DNA of 64,000 bases from Verrucomicrobiia bacterium (GCA_963664225.1 OY760937.1:1120001-1184000), one strand, 5' to 3'. Shown: positions 1 through 9,233, counted from the stretch's first letter. Numbers and translations: made by a program. The notes: generated by a model not told the origin, from the letters alone.

Positions 1-1762
1 AGTGAATGCACTTTTCGCGGTCGAACGAAGGCACGCCGTTGGGACCTGGGGCAATCGCCTGACCTGAACAGACTTCGATGCAGATTTTCGTTCCGCATTG
101 CTGGCAGAGGTTCGGGTAAAGAAATTCAACATGATCAGCCCAGCCCGCGGGCGCCTGCACCTTGCCGCCCATCAGAAGAGCGTCCTGATGTGAAACGAGC
201 AATTGGCCGTCATAGGGAATTGCAGGCCAGCCGCAACGCTGCATCAATGCTCCGTGCAGGGATATCCCTTGCGCATCGCATTGCTTGCGCAGAATTCCCA
301 GTTCCTCCGTTGAGATCTTGCCCCGGTAATATTCTTCCAGCGAGGGAATGCGCTTATAGGGCGGCATCGGCTTTCCGGGGACCGAGAACATGCCCTTGGT
401 CATGCCCGTCAACGCCATTCCGATCATGCCGGTAACCACTCCGCGTTGGAATCCGTCCCGGGATTTCTCCGCAATAAGTCCCTCTTTTTCGACCCAACTG
501 TTCCGCCGACGTTTCACATAGGCTTCTTCGAGATTGGCTTGCGTGAATGGCTTTTTGGCTTTGAGCAATTCGAGAACGCCTTCGGCCAGTTGTGTTCCGG
601 TGGCCCACGCTTCATCCACACCCGAGCCAGTTAGAACATTGGTTGCACCGGAACCTTCGCCGATGCGCGCAAATCCGTTTCCCACCAGTTGGGGTTCGCC
701 ACGCCGACCGGACTCTTGCAGCGTTTTGGCTCCCCAGGAACGAAGGCGTCCGCCTTTCAAATGCTTCCATAAATACGGATGCATCATCCAATGCTGCAAA
801 TAGCGGTAGGAGGTCCGTACGGGGCTGTCGAACCAGGAGGGCACAAAGATGCCAACCGAAGCAACCCGGTCCGGATGCACATAGAAAAATCCAAATATTT
901 CCGGCTCAGGAAAGCCGAACGTGTGTAATACCGTGCCCGGAGTGAGTTTGGTATCCTCTGGCAGATCCACCACCATCTTCATGCCCACAGCCCAATCGTG
1001 CACGTGATGGCCTTCGGGCAATCCGAATTGCTCGTCCAACTGCTGGCCGATGGCGCCGACCGGTCCATCCCCGACAACGGTCAATGCGGCGTGAATATCC
1101 ATGCCCGGCATGAATCCATCACCAGGTTGGCCTTTTTTGTCCGTGCCCTGGTCGGCCAGTTGAATGCCCGCTACTTTTCCATCCTCGATGAGAACCTTCG
1201 CCACAGGTGTGCCCGGCCAGATTTGCACGGCGCCGGAGCTCATTAATTGAGCGCCCACCCATTGATTGAATTGGCCCATCGAAAGGATCAACCCGCCTTT
1301 TTTGTGCAGGAAAGAGGGTGTGATGGGAAGCTCCACCGCATCATCTTCAAATGGCAGCGCCCATTTCATGGTCCGAACCATTTTGTCAGCCGCGCGCAGG
1401 ACCAGGGAACGACGGCTGGCACCCACTGGATCGAGCAGGTAAAGCACCTTTTCCTGGGCGACTGGAGTCGCCATTGGGATTTGCGCCGGGTCCAGATTGG
1501 GCAGGGACTCTCGAATGCTGCGACCTTTGGTGACCACACCAGATACCCCGAAACCCAAATCCTCGGCGCGTTCGTAGCAAAGGACTTGGGGTGGCATCCC
1601 AGGCATGGACGCGCTTTCCAAAGCAGGCGTTCCATCCTCATTGGTTTTCGTCAACTGGTGTGACAACGTGGTGAGAAAGCCACCCATGGCGGGACCGAAT
1701 CCCACGCACACAATATCAGCGTCCATCTTCGGACGTTCGATGTCAGAAACCGTATCGGGCAT
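1..1762 (-). CDS. Electron-transfer flavoprotein:quinone oxidoreductase-like (FixC/FixX-type) flavoprotein with C-terminal 4Fe-4S ferredoxin; 3' end runs off the window
   Basis: Absent from the ORF track because there is no stop in the window. Both ends translated by hand: start ATG 1762 gives MPDTVSDIERPKMDADIVCVGFGPAMGG (FAD-binding motif), and the end reads LCQQCGTKICIEVCSGQAI...DREKCIH (ferredoxin cysteines). Lies directly downstream of an acyl-CoA dehydrogenase. Confidence 0.85.
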   Translation of the reverse strand, partial: MPDTVSDIERPKMDADIVCVGFGPAMGGFLTTLSHQLTKTNEDGTPALESASMPGMPPQVLCYERAEDLGFGVSGVVTKGRSIRESLPNLDPAQIPMATPVAQEKVLYLLDPVGASRRSLVLRAADKMVRTMKWALPFEDDAVELPITPSFLHKKGGLILSMGQFNQWVGAQLMSSGAVQIWPGTPVAKVLIEDGKVAGIQLADQGTDKKGQPGDGFMPGMDIHAALTVVGDGPVGAIGQQLDEQFGLPEGHHVHDWAVGMKMVVDLPEDTKLTPGTVLHTFGFPEPEIFGFFYVHPDRVASVGIFVPSWFDSPVRTSYRYLQHWMMHPYLWKHLKGGRLRSWGAKTLQESGRRGEPQLVGNGFARIGEGSGATNVLTGSGVDEAWATGTQLAEGVLELLKAKKPFTQANLEEAYVKRRRNSWVEKEGLIAEKSRDGFQRGVVTGMIGMALTGMTKGMFSVPGKPMPPYKRIPSLEEYYRGKISTEELGILRKQCDAQGISLHGALMQRCGWPAIPYDGQLLVSHQDALLMGGKVQAPAGWADHVEFLYPNLCQQCGTKICIEVCSGQAIAPGPNGVPSFDREKCIH

Positions 1763-1794
1763 ATCAGATTGATCGTGGTCGTCCTGTGCTGGCA

Positions 1795-4014
1795 TCAGAC
1801 GGGGTAATCGAGCGCTTCGGGGATCATGACCTGCGTCAATGCCTCTGCCGCGCGATCTTTTGCAAGTCGCGAACCTGTAAGGCATCCGTCCAGCTTGAGA
1901 CGCATGCGCGAGAAGGGTTCAAGACCGATCGCCTGAACACAAGGTCCTGCCTTGTGAGGATGCGCGGCGTTGATTTCAGTCACGTCGTTGACTCCGCGCG
2001 CGCTGCTCGCGATTCCCGGAATCACCCCTTCGAGGGTGTCCAGATCATCCGCTCCATAACAACTGCCGCATCCTGCCTGGTCCCATGCAGGATGGCGGTT
2101 GTAGCCATGCACCAATTCGGCGCAAATGCGGCCGGTTTCACCGGCGGCGCGGGCGCACTGCACATGGCATAGGTCGGTCATGAATTGGGTCAGCCCCTCG
2201 AGTCCCTCTGCAAGGGCGGGATTGGAGGGCCCTTTGGCCTCCAGTTCGAGTGTATCCAACAGAAAGGCACGGGCGGCCAGCAACCAACAGAGTACGTCGG
2301 CCAGGGGGAACGTGACACCCTGACGCGTTCCGTGATAAAGCCGCGCGCCGTTGGCGTCGGCTGTGTTTTGAAGGTGATTGAGCGTCCAGAGCCACATTTC
2401 CATGGCCGAGGCCAGTGTGCAGGCTCCCGTACCGGGCTTCTCCGAGGCGATGAGTCGCAAATCCCCGATCCATTTCTTGAATAAAGCGAGAAACACCTCG
2501 CTGCACATGGTCACACTGAGTTGTCTGCGCTGAACTGATTCCGGGCCCTCGTAAGTGGCTTCAAGCTGGGCATCCATCCATTTATGCCCAAGGAATCCCG
2601 GGCAATCCTCGGTCACCCCGTATCCACCCATGAGGCTCACCGCTTCGCGCATCATGGTCGCGCCATAGCCGGTGTTCCACAATTTACAGGCGGGACAGAA
2701 GACATTGGCCTGGGCGTCCTGAAGAACAAATGAAACGATCGGATCCTGTTGAAGCGCTGCAAGGCGGGCGGCATCACGCTTGTTTTCGGGCGCGGCGGCC
2801 AGGGCCAGGTATTCCAGGGCGTCTTTTCCGCTCTTGGCCAGGGCCTTCAACTGAGCGCGTGCGCCGGTGATGTTTTGTTGAGCAAACAGTGCATCCTTCG
2901 TCTTCTCGATGGGATCCAACTCGTCATACATCCGCGCCGCGGTGAATCCCAGTGAGGCGCTTGCCTCCCCGGTGGCCCAGACGTCGATCAAACGGTGCAG
3001 GCTGTCCTGCTTTTGTTGCAGCCCCAGCTCGTAACGGGGGGAATTGGTGTCACCGACATCGCCGCCGCGGAAACGCGTGCGCTGATAGCGGATGACCGGC
3101 TCCACGGCGGATAGCAATTTGGCTGCAGTCATCAAGCCGACCGTGACACGGGTGCGGCGAAATACGCTTTCAATGATTTCGCTATGATCGTGATTGGGAA
3201 TGATTACGCCATTCTTGACCGTATAGCCACCGACGATGCGGCTGGCGGGAACGCGCAGGCTGAAGATGGGATCGCACGTCGAGGAAAGCTGATGAACGAG
3301 CTTTTTCGTGGCCGAACCACGATCGAATAGTCCCGGATCGGTTTCTTCGAGAATGATCATGCAACTGCCCTTGATCCGCGTATCGGAAGAATCCACAGCC
3401 GCAGTGACGATGTTGGCAAAGCCCATGTTTGTGATGAAGCGGCCCCGCTTCTCCACCTGGAGCATCGGTTCCTCGCCTTCCTTCCATTCGGCAATGCAAA
3501 TCTTGCCGCTCAGCATGCTGGTCTCCACACCCACGAAGGGCAGGGGTTCTGTCAGTGCGAAGGCGGCACGCTCCGTTTTTCGGTTTTCACCCGGTTTGGC
3601 CGGGGCGCATCGGGCCATGTAATGATCGCGCTGCTCTGGAGTGCCGCATTCATGAATGGGCGCCAACCCCAGATTGCTGGCAAGGCTGCAAGTGGCCGCG
3701 CCCGCATCCACCCAGGCCAGTTCGAAGGCGACCAGGGCAAGGGCGAGATTTTTCGGTCCTTCGATAAAACCGCCCTGCGCGGGATCGAGGAATGACGCAG
3801 TGATGCCGGAATCGTCGTACACCGCCAGGAGGCTGTTCTTTTCCGGCGTCCACTCATGGGAATTGCGCCCGCCTTGGGCCACCAATCGAGCGACGGGGCC
3901 TCGAGCCACCGGACGGACCGATTGTACGAGCATGGCCAGGTCGAAACGGTCGGCATAACGCCACATTATTTGGCGCACATCGTCACCGGGCAACGTTCTT
4001 AAGGTTTGTTTCAT
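1795..4014 (-). CDS. Long acyl-CoA dehydrogenase family protein
   Basis: Motifs AFALTEP, KRGRFITN, REAVSLMGGYG and ATYEGPESVQR. Start is uncertain (ATG 4014 or 4038). Confidence 0.9.
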   Translation of the reverse strand: MKQTLRTLPGDDVRQIMWRYADRFDLAMLVQSVRPVARGPVARLVAQGGRNSHEWTPEKNSLLAVYDDSGITASFLDPAQGGFIEGPKNLALALVAFELAWVDAGAATCSLASNLGLAPIHECGTPEQRDHYMARCAPAKPGENRKTERAAFALTEPLPFVGVETSMLSGKICIAEWKEGEEPMLQVEKRGRFITNMGFANIVTAAVDSSDTRIKGSCMIILEETDPGLFDRGSATKKLVHQLSSTCDPIFSLRVPASRIVGGYTVKNGVIIPNHDHSEIIESVFRRTRVTVGLMTAAKLLSAVEPVIRYQRTRFRGGDVGDTNSPRYELGLQQKQDSLHRLIDVWATGEASASLGFTAARMYDELDPIEKTKDALFAQQNITGARAQLKALAKSGKDALEYLALAAAPENKRDAARLAALQQDPIVSFVLQDAQANVFCPACKLWNTGYGATMMREAVSLMGGYGVTEDCPGFLGHKWMDAQLEATYEGPESVQRRQLSVTMCSEVFLALFKKWIGDLRLIASEKPGTGACTLASAMEMWLWTLNHLQNTADANGARLYHGTRQGVTFPLADVLCWLLAARAFLLDTLELEAKGPSNPALAEGLEGLTQFMTDLCHVQCARAAGETGRICAELVHGYNRHPAWDQAGCGSCYGADDLDTLEGVIPGIASSARGVNDVTEINAAHPHKAGPCVQAIGLEPFSRMRLKLDGCLTGSRLAKDRAAEALTQVMIPEALDYPV

Positions 4015-4230
4015 CGAGTCAGCAAGTCGCGATTCCATAGCAAATAATACAGGCACGCATTAAAGCGGGCTGTGGAATAACACGCAAGTCAAAGCGTCAG
4101 CCGTTACGGGTTAAAATGCCAATGTTCGGGACATGGAGACCATGTAATCCGTTGGCCCGGACGGCAAAGAGGATCTGTAACACTGTTTGGGAAAATCACT
4201 GATGACGATTGGAAATACTGCGCAACTCCG

Positions 4231-5010
4231 TTACGGTTCGAGCTGGAAGAGGGAATCCGGCAGGCGACCGATTATTTGTTCCGGGAGGCGTGCATCCAGG
4301 GAGCCAGGATCAGGTTTTTCGATACCGATATGGTTATCGCAGAAAAGAACGTTCGCCTTTTTAACATGTCTGAAATGTACGGTGGCCTCGGCCCGGTTTG
4401 TGCCAATATAGTAAAATTCCTCGAGCATCGGGTGATCGCGGGAGGCCGGTGCCTGGAAATCGTTGATTTGCGCCGCATCCGCCATGAGGGCCAGTTGTGA
4501 AGGATGGGGGATTTTAGAGACCTGAAACGGCGGCGCGCTCAATGGGGATGAAAGCAGGAAATTGTAGCCGTAGCCATAGGCGGCGCCCACAGCCTTGAGT
4601 TTAAACTGGCTCATGGCGTAATTGAGCGATGGGCAGATGCTGATACCGCGGCCCGTCAGATAGGCGCGAAGGGCCCCCTGGGCAGGATCGAAAGCGCGCT
4701 GGCTTTCATTGCCGCGTTCAAGCCAGCCAAACCAGTAAATATCCCCTCCGTTTGTATAAGCCCCCCGGTAGCGAAAGGCCCGGCCATCATTGTCATCCCA
4801 ATACATGTGAACGGCCATCCCCAGTTGCCGCAAATTCGAGCCGCATTGGACCCGGCGGGCTGATTGGCGGCTGCGGCTTAGCGTGGGCAGGAGCAGGCTT
4901 GCCAGCAATGCGATGATTGCTATGACGACCAGCAATTCAATCAACGTGAACGCAGATATCCGCCGTGTGACTATTTTGCGCAGATTTCCGGTTGTCCAGA
5001 GAATCATCAT
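4231..5010 (-). CDS. Prepilin-type N-terminal cleavage/methylation protein with H-X9-DG-like C-terminus (DUF1559-like pilin)
   Basis: [27 protein letters not shown] class III signal, C..NLRQLG..MY segment, and C-terminal [15 protein letters not shown]. Start ATG 5010 overlaps the upstream stop (ATGA). Confidence 0.9.
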   Translation of the reverse strand: MMILWTTGNLRKIVTRRISAFTLIELLVVIAIIALLASLLLPTLSRSRQSARRVQCGSNLRQLGMAVHMYWDDNDGRAFRYRGAYTNGGDIYWFGWLERGNESQRAFDPAQGALRAYLTGRGISICPSLNYAMSQFKLKAVGAAYGYGYNFLLSSPLSAPPFQVSKIPHPSQLALMADAAQINDFQAPASRDHPMLEEFYYIGTNRAEATVHFRHVKKANVLFCDNHIGIEKPDPGSLDARLPEQIIGRLPDSLFQLEP

Positions 5011-5987
5011 GGGAGCACGGCTTTGACTCGATAAAACGCAAAATTGACGGGGGCGTTGGTATCGGTAATGACGATGGGTGCCGTGTCGCCCAAAACCGGG
5101 GTGGCGGCCGTTTGCCAGAAGACCAGGTCCACACTTCTTTCCATCGTGTAGAACCATCGCGGGCTGCCATTGAATGCCGCCTGGTTTTGATTGTTTTGGA
5201 GCACGAATCGCAAATTGCGGATCGGCGGGTCTGGAAACGTCAGGATTAAATTGTCAATGGTGCCTTGCGCAAATAGGGACCCTGCAAAACCGGGTTGCTG
5301 GCCGATATCCGAATAGCTGGTGATGGATAAAGCGTTAATGCGGAAATCCACCGAGGCGTCGGGCAGAAGGACATCCTCAATGGGGCCAAACGGTTCGCCG
5401 TTGAGGGTGATCATTGTGGACAAGGCCTTCTTGGCAGCGGAGTAGGTCATTGTGATGTGGAACAAGCCACCCGGCGTTAGTTCCATTGGAAAATTGAAAG
5501 AAGGAAAGAACCGCGAATTGGTGGTGGAAATGACTGGAGAAATGGTGGCACCGAAACCGGTGTCTGGAAAGTACGTCCATTCAATGAGATTGGGAGTGTT
5601 GGCCGATGTGCCTCGAATAAAACCAGTCTTGAAGGCTTGTTCCAGATTCAAAAAGCCAAAGGCCAGCTCAAAGGCATATGGCTTGTCAGGATCAATGCCA
5701 GCTTGGATGTTGTGCATGACGAGATCAAGATCCAGGCTGAAATCGTCCGCCATACTGACAACCGTGTTGAGCGGATGGTAAAAGAAACTGTTCGAATTGG
5801 AGGAATCCCAAGTGACATCGAGCGCCTGGGATTCAACGTTCCATACAAACAGATTGGTTGCGCCGACCATTTTCCAGCCATTCGGAGCGGGATCACTTGA
5901 AAAATCCTCCCTCAACTCCGCGCCCCATGCCGTGGCAACGCTCAGGGACATCAGAAGGAACAGGGTCGCGAGACGCAATTGTTTCAT
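5007..5987 (-). CDS. Secreted hypothetical protein (beta-sandwich-like) with verrucomicrobial-type C-terminal FYRV domain
   Basis: Sec signal peptide [24 protein letters not shown]-terminus [12 protein letters not shown]...FAFYRV. Confidence 0.8.
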   Translation of the reverse strand: MKQLRLATLFLLMSLSVATAWGAELREDFSSDPAPNGWKMVGATNLFVWNVESQALDVTWDSSNSNSFFYHPLNTVVSMADDFSLDLDLVMHNIQAGIDPDKPYAFELAFGFLNLEQAFKTGFIRGTSANTPNLIEWTYFPDTGFGATISPVISTTNSRFFPSFNFPMELTPGGLFHITMTYSAAKKALSTMITLNGEPFGPIEDVLLPDASVDFRINALSITSYSDIGQQPGFAGSLFAQGTIDNLILTFPDPPIRNLRFVLQNNQNQAAFNGSPRWFYTMERSVDLVFWQTAATPVLGDTAPIVITDTNAPVNFAFYRVKAVLP

Positions 5988-6037
5988 AAAACGGCGGATT
6001 TTAAGAAATCTTTCGTATTAGCTCTGTATGCGGGCCG

Positions 6038-6865
6038 TCAATCTCGCACGCGCTTTTTCATGTGCCAACCAAGAAGACACAGGCCGGATGCTAACAATGC
6101 ACTTGTAGCCGGTTCAGGCACCGGCGAAACAGTGGAAAAACCGTCGATTTCATAATAACCGTCCAACACGTCGATTCGGACATATTGAACACTGTCGAGT
6201 TGGACCTTTTCTCCGTGATTGTCGATGGCCCAATCCAGATCATAGCCCGTGCCCCCGGCCGAGCCCGCATAAAGAGCGCGAATTCCGGCCAGATCTTTGC
6301 CGCCGAAATCAGAATCCTTGAGAGCGGGGTTCACGGGCAGAGTGAAGCTGCCAGATCCATCGGTGGGATAAAGCTTATCAAAGACCGGAGCCAGAGAGGA
6401 ATCCAGCGTGTAAAATGTTTGGTTATCCGGGCTGACAGAGATGCGCACCGCGCCCAGGCGTGGATTGAAGATGGAGCCATCTGTAATGCCACCGCCTGAG
6501 AAATCGCCGTTGGTAATACTGAATCCGGCACCTCCGAATACAATGAAATCAACCCCGTATGGATTCGATGGAGAATTGATGGCAGGGACCCCCAACTGCA
6601 CGGTGAGCGTTCCGTTGGTGCCAACGGCCAGCAATTGGCTGTTAAGATAAGGCGGGCTGAAAGGATCAACCGACCCGCCATACACGCCCGGTGTGACCCG
6701 CGAGGGTTCGCCGATGACGCTGGAAGAGTTGGTATAACTTGCAATGTTCGAACGAAGCGCGCCCGGATTGTAGTCCGTGACGGCGCTTGCAAAAGACGCT
6801 GCCTGGTTGGTGGAAACGGTCGTTGCCACGCTGGCTCCCAGAGCCAGCCACGATAGAATTCGCAT
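6038..6865 (-). CDS. PEP-CTERM surface protein with putative BtuH-like cobalamin-binding domain
   Basis: Signal peptide plus C-terminal VPEPATSALLASGLCLLGWHMKKRVRD (PEP, TM helix, basic tail). First gene behind a cobalamin riboswitch. Confidence 0.85.
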   Translation of the reverse strand: MRILSWLALGASVATTVSTNQAASFASAVTDYNPGALRSNIASYTNSSSVIGEPSRVTPGVYGGSVDPFSPPYLNSQLLAVGTNGTLTVQLGVPAINSPSNPYGVDFIVFGGAGFSITNGDFSGGGITDGSIFNPRLGAVRISVSPDNQTFYTLDSSLAPVFDKLYPTDGSGSFTLPVNPALKDSDFGGKDLAGIRALYAGSAGGTGYDLDWAIDNHGEKVQLDSVQYVRIDVLDGYYEIDGFSTVSPVPEPATSALLASGLCLLGWHMKKRVRD

Positions 6866-7018
6866 GATTCAGTTTTTCGTTGGTTCCGCGTTAATGCGGA
6901 GGTTGCATTTTCTGGAGACCAGCGCGGAGTCTGGAAAAAAACCTCCAGACCCCGGCAAAACGGAGAATGAAGGCATCCAACGACCCCGCCGAAAACAGAT
7001 CAGCGGGCTGGCCTCATC

Positions 7019-7330
7019 CTTCTCTTTGACGGAGAAGCGGTTTGTGAAGATCAGGACCTGTAGCAGGTACAAGAAATTCACAAACCTGACGAGCGCAGCC
7101 AAACCGGTATCCTGACTTCGAGCTATTGCTTGAGAAGTGTCCGGCACACTGGAATGCATGATTCCGGAGTGTGCGAACGCCATTCAAACATGGACCTTGC
7201 TCCCGCCTTCCCAGTCCTGTGACCAGTGGCATCATGGAGCTTGTAACCCGTTACAGTGGCGCAACCGTCCCCGATTTTCACGGGGTTCCCTGACATTTTG
7301 CTGCGTATCAACACGCAAACCTCCACAAGT
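7019..7330 (-). ncRNA. Cobalamin (B12) riboswitch, long AdoCbl-type, with candidate distal P13
   Basis: Minus strand reads AGGGAA-CCCCGTGAAAATCGGGG-ACGGTTGCGCCACTGT...GCCACTG..ACTGGGAAGG...AGTCAGGATACCGG (B12 box about 7104-7118). P7 CGGGTTA/TAGCTCG and P8 GCTCC/GGAGC pair. Hairpin CTTCTC-CGTCAAA-GAGAAG at 7019-7037. Confidence 0.93.
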
Positions 7331-7364
7331 TACTCAGAACTTGTGACACGAGGTCTGCGATCTT

Positions 7365-8561
7365 TCAAAGAGCGGGATTATGGTGGATTGGCTCCTCTGC
7401 GTTGCCAAGAATAAAAGAGCGTGAAATTTTACCTCCGCGTTCGATGTGGTGAAGATTGCCGCGCCACTGCACATGGTCGATGAACAAGGAGAAAGACCAC
7501 AGGAGTGACTGAAGCAGATCCTTGATGAGAACGGGCCAGAAAAAGGCGGCGGTGGGTTGTGTGCGGGTTAATCGTTGTTGTAAAGCCGCGGCTGCGGTAA
7601 TGCGAATCCACAGACAGGCGGCGGCGGCACTTAGAACTGAGAGGCTGGGACTTGTGGCGAGCCAGAGAAGGGGCCAGAGGCTGCCAGTGCTCAATATGCT
7701 GAAGAAATAGGGCAGGGGTTTGCAGTGTCGTATGGTGATGGCCCATCGCAGTTGGTGGATCCAGACTTCCCGCCAGGTCATTGGCGAGGACCAGCATTCC
7801 ACGGGGATGGTGCTAAGGATGATTTTTCCACCCTGGCGATGTATGAGTTGGCCCAGTTCGTAATCATCAGCCAGATGGTCTTTCAAGGCGTGGAAACCGC
7901 CAATCTCATGGATCCATTTGCGCGTGGTGGCCATGACGGCACCGAGGGCGAAATCCATCGGGCCGAGATTCCGGCTCTGGCATACCTGGCTCCAGAAATC
8001 CGCATTGATGGCCACCGCTTCCCAATGCATGGCGGGCGTATGTGGATTCGCCAGACAATAGAAACAGTTTACCAGACCTGTTTCCGAATCTTGAAAAGGA
8101 GGCGCCAGGTGGGTGAGAAGATCCGTGGGTGCGAGGACATCCGCATCGGAAACGACCAACAGATCGTGTTTGGCCAGTTTTTCGAGCTGTATTAAAGTGG
8201 ATACCTTCGCATTGGCGCCGAGTGTCGGATCGCAGATAATCAAGCGCGCGTCGATGTGGGGATGTTTTTGAATCAGGCGTCGGACCACATTGCAGACGGG
8301 GTCTTTTTCTGTAGCCACGCCGAAAAGGATTTGCACGGGACCGGCATATGTCTGGCTAAACCAGCTTTTGAGGCATTTCAAAGTGGAGATTTCGACCCCC
8401 TTGAGAGGTTTTAAGACCGAGATTCCAGGGGAAAACTCCACGACAGGCGGACGTTGATGCAGGGGAAAACGACGTGCCGCACTCCATTGCCAAAGTACAA
8501 TGGCGCAACTTAAAAAGGCCAAAAAGCCAAGTATAACGGTTAAAACCATTCCAGATGCCAT
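7365..8561 (-). CDS. hpnI: Hopanoid-associated glycosyltransferase HpnI / ceramide glucosyltransferase family
   Basis: N-terminal TM; ISVLKPLKG, GANAKVSTL, SDADV, LADDYELG and HQLRWA (QxxRW-like) motifs; C-terminal TMs. Confidence 0.75.
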   Translation of the reverse strand: MASGMVLTVILGFLAFLSCAIVLWQWSAARRFPLHQRPPVVEFSPGISVLKPLKGVEISTLKCLKSWFSQTYAGPVQILFGVATEKDPVCNVVRRLIQKHPHIDARLIICDPTLGANAKVSTLIQLEKLAKHDLLVVSDADVLAPTDLLTHLAPPFQDSETGLVNCFYCLANPHTPAMHWEAVAINADFWSQVCQSRNLGPMDFALGAVMATTRKWIHEIGGFHALKDHLADDYELGQLIHRQGGKIILSTIPVECWSSPMTWREVWIHQLRWAITIRHCKPLPYFFSILSTGSLWPLLWLATSPSLSVLSAAAACLWIRITAAAALQQRLTRTQPTAAFFWPVLIKDLLQSLLWSFSLFIDHVQWRGNLHHIERGGKISRSFILGNAEEPIHHNPAL

Positions 8562-8765
8562 TTAGCAGGTAAATCGCCATTATGGCGAGGAAAGAATCGA
8601 CAGATTTGCAGTGCCAACGGCCAGAATGGGATATGCAGCGGTATTACAATTGATCGAGGGCTGTGACGCACAAGATCTCCTCCAAAGTGATCTTACTGCT
8701 CAAGGCCTGCTTTAAACCGTTCTGGCACAGGTTATGTGGGTATTGTGACGAATGGCTCAATGGTT

Positions 8766-9203
8766 TCATTGAACAGGTTGGACGTTCATGTCCAGCCAAT
8801 AATGGAGGGTTTCTCTTAGCAGATTTGAAAACTCGATAAAATCGACCGGTTTGCGCAGGTAACTATTGGCTCCCCGCCGGAAGCTCTCCTGAACATCTTT
8901 CTCTTCGGTCGAACAACTCAAAACGATCACGATCAAGGAGCGGGTTCGATCATCGGCCCTGAGTCGTCGAAGCACTTCGAGACCGTCCATTTTTGGAAGT
9001 TTTAAATCCAAAAAGACCAAGTCGGGCATGTGAGTGTTTAAGACACCTTCAAGGGCGGCTTTGCCCGTAAGAAAATCAATGGCTTCGACACCGTCCCGGG
9101 CGACAAGAAATTCCTGTTGAGCACGGTTGTTCTTCAAGGCCTGTTTGCATAACATGACATCATCAGGATTGTCTTCCACCAGCATGATGATTTTGTCGTT
9201 CAT
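8766..9203 (-). CDS. Single-domain response regulator (Rcp1-like receiver)
   Basis: LVEDNPDD, LDLKLPKMDG and GANSYLRKPVDF. Confidence 0.92.
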   Translation of the reverse strand: MNDKIIMLVEDNPDDVMLCKQALKNNRAQQEFLVARDGVEAIDFLTGKAALEGVLNTHMPDLVFLDLKLPKMDGLEVLRRLRADDRTRSLIVIVLSCSTEEKDVQESFRRGANSYLRKPVDFIEFSNLLRETLHYWLDMNVQPVQ

Positions 9204-9233
9204 AAAAAGTCCCGGTGATTTACCAACATTGAT

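Noticed and set aside
5011..5157. N-terminal extension of the pilin ORF in the track
   Set aside because: It overlaps the upstream gene; ATG 5010 gives a normal short prepilin leader.
6869..7346. Short ORFs over the leader region
   Set aside because: They overlap the cobalamin riboswitch, which explains the sequence. Only the 5-codon uORF is kept as a hypothesis.
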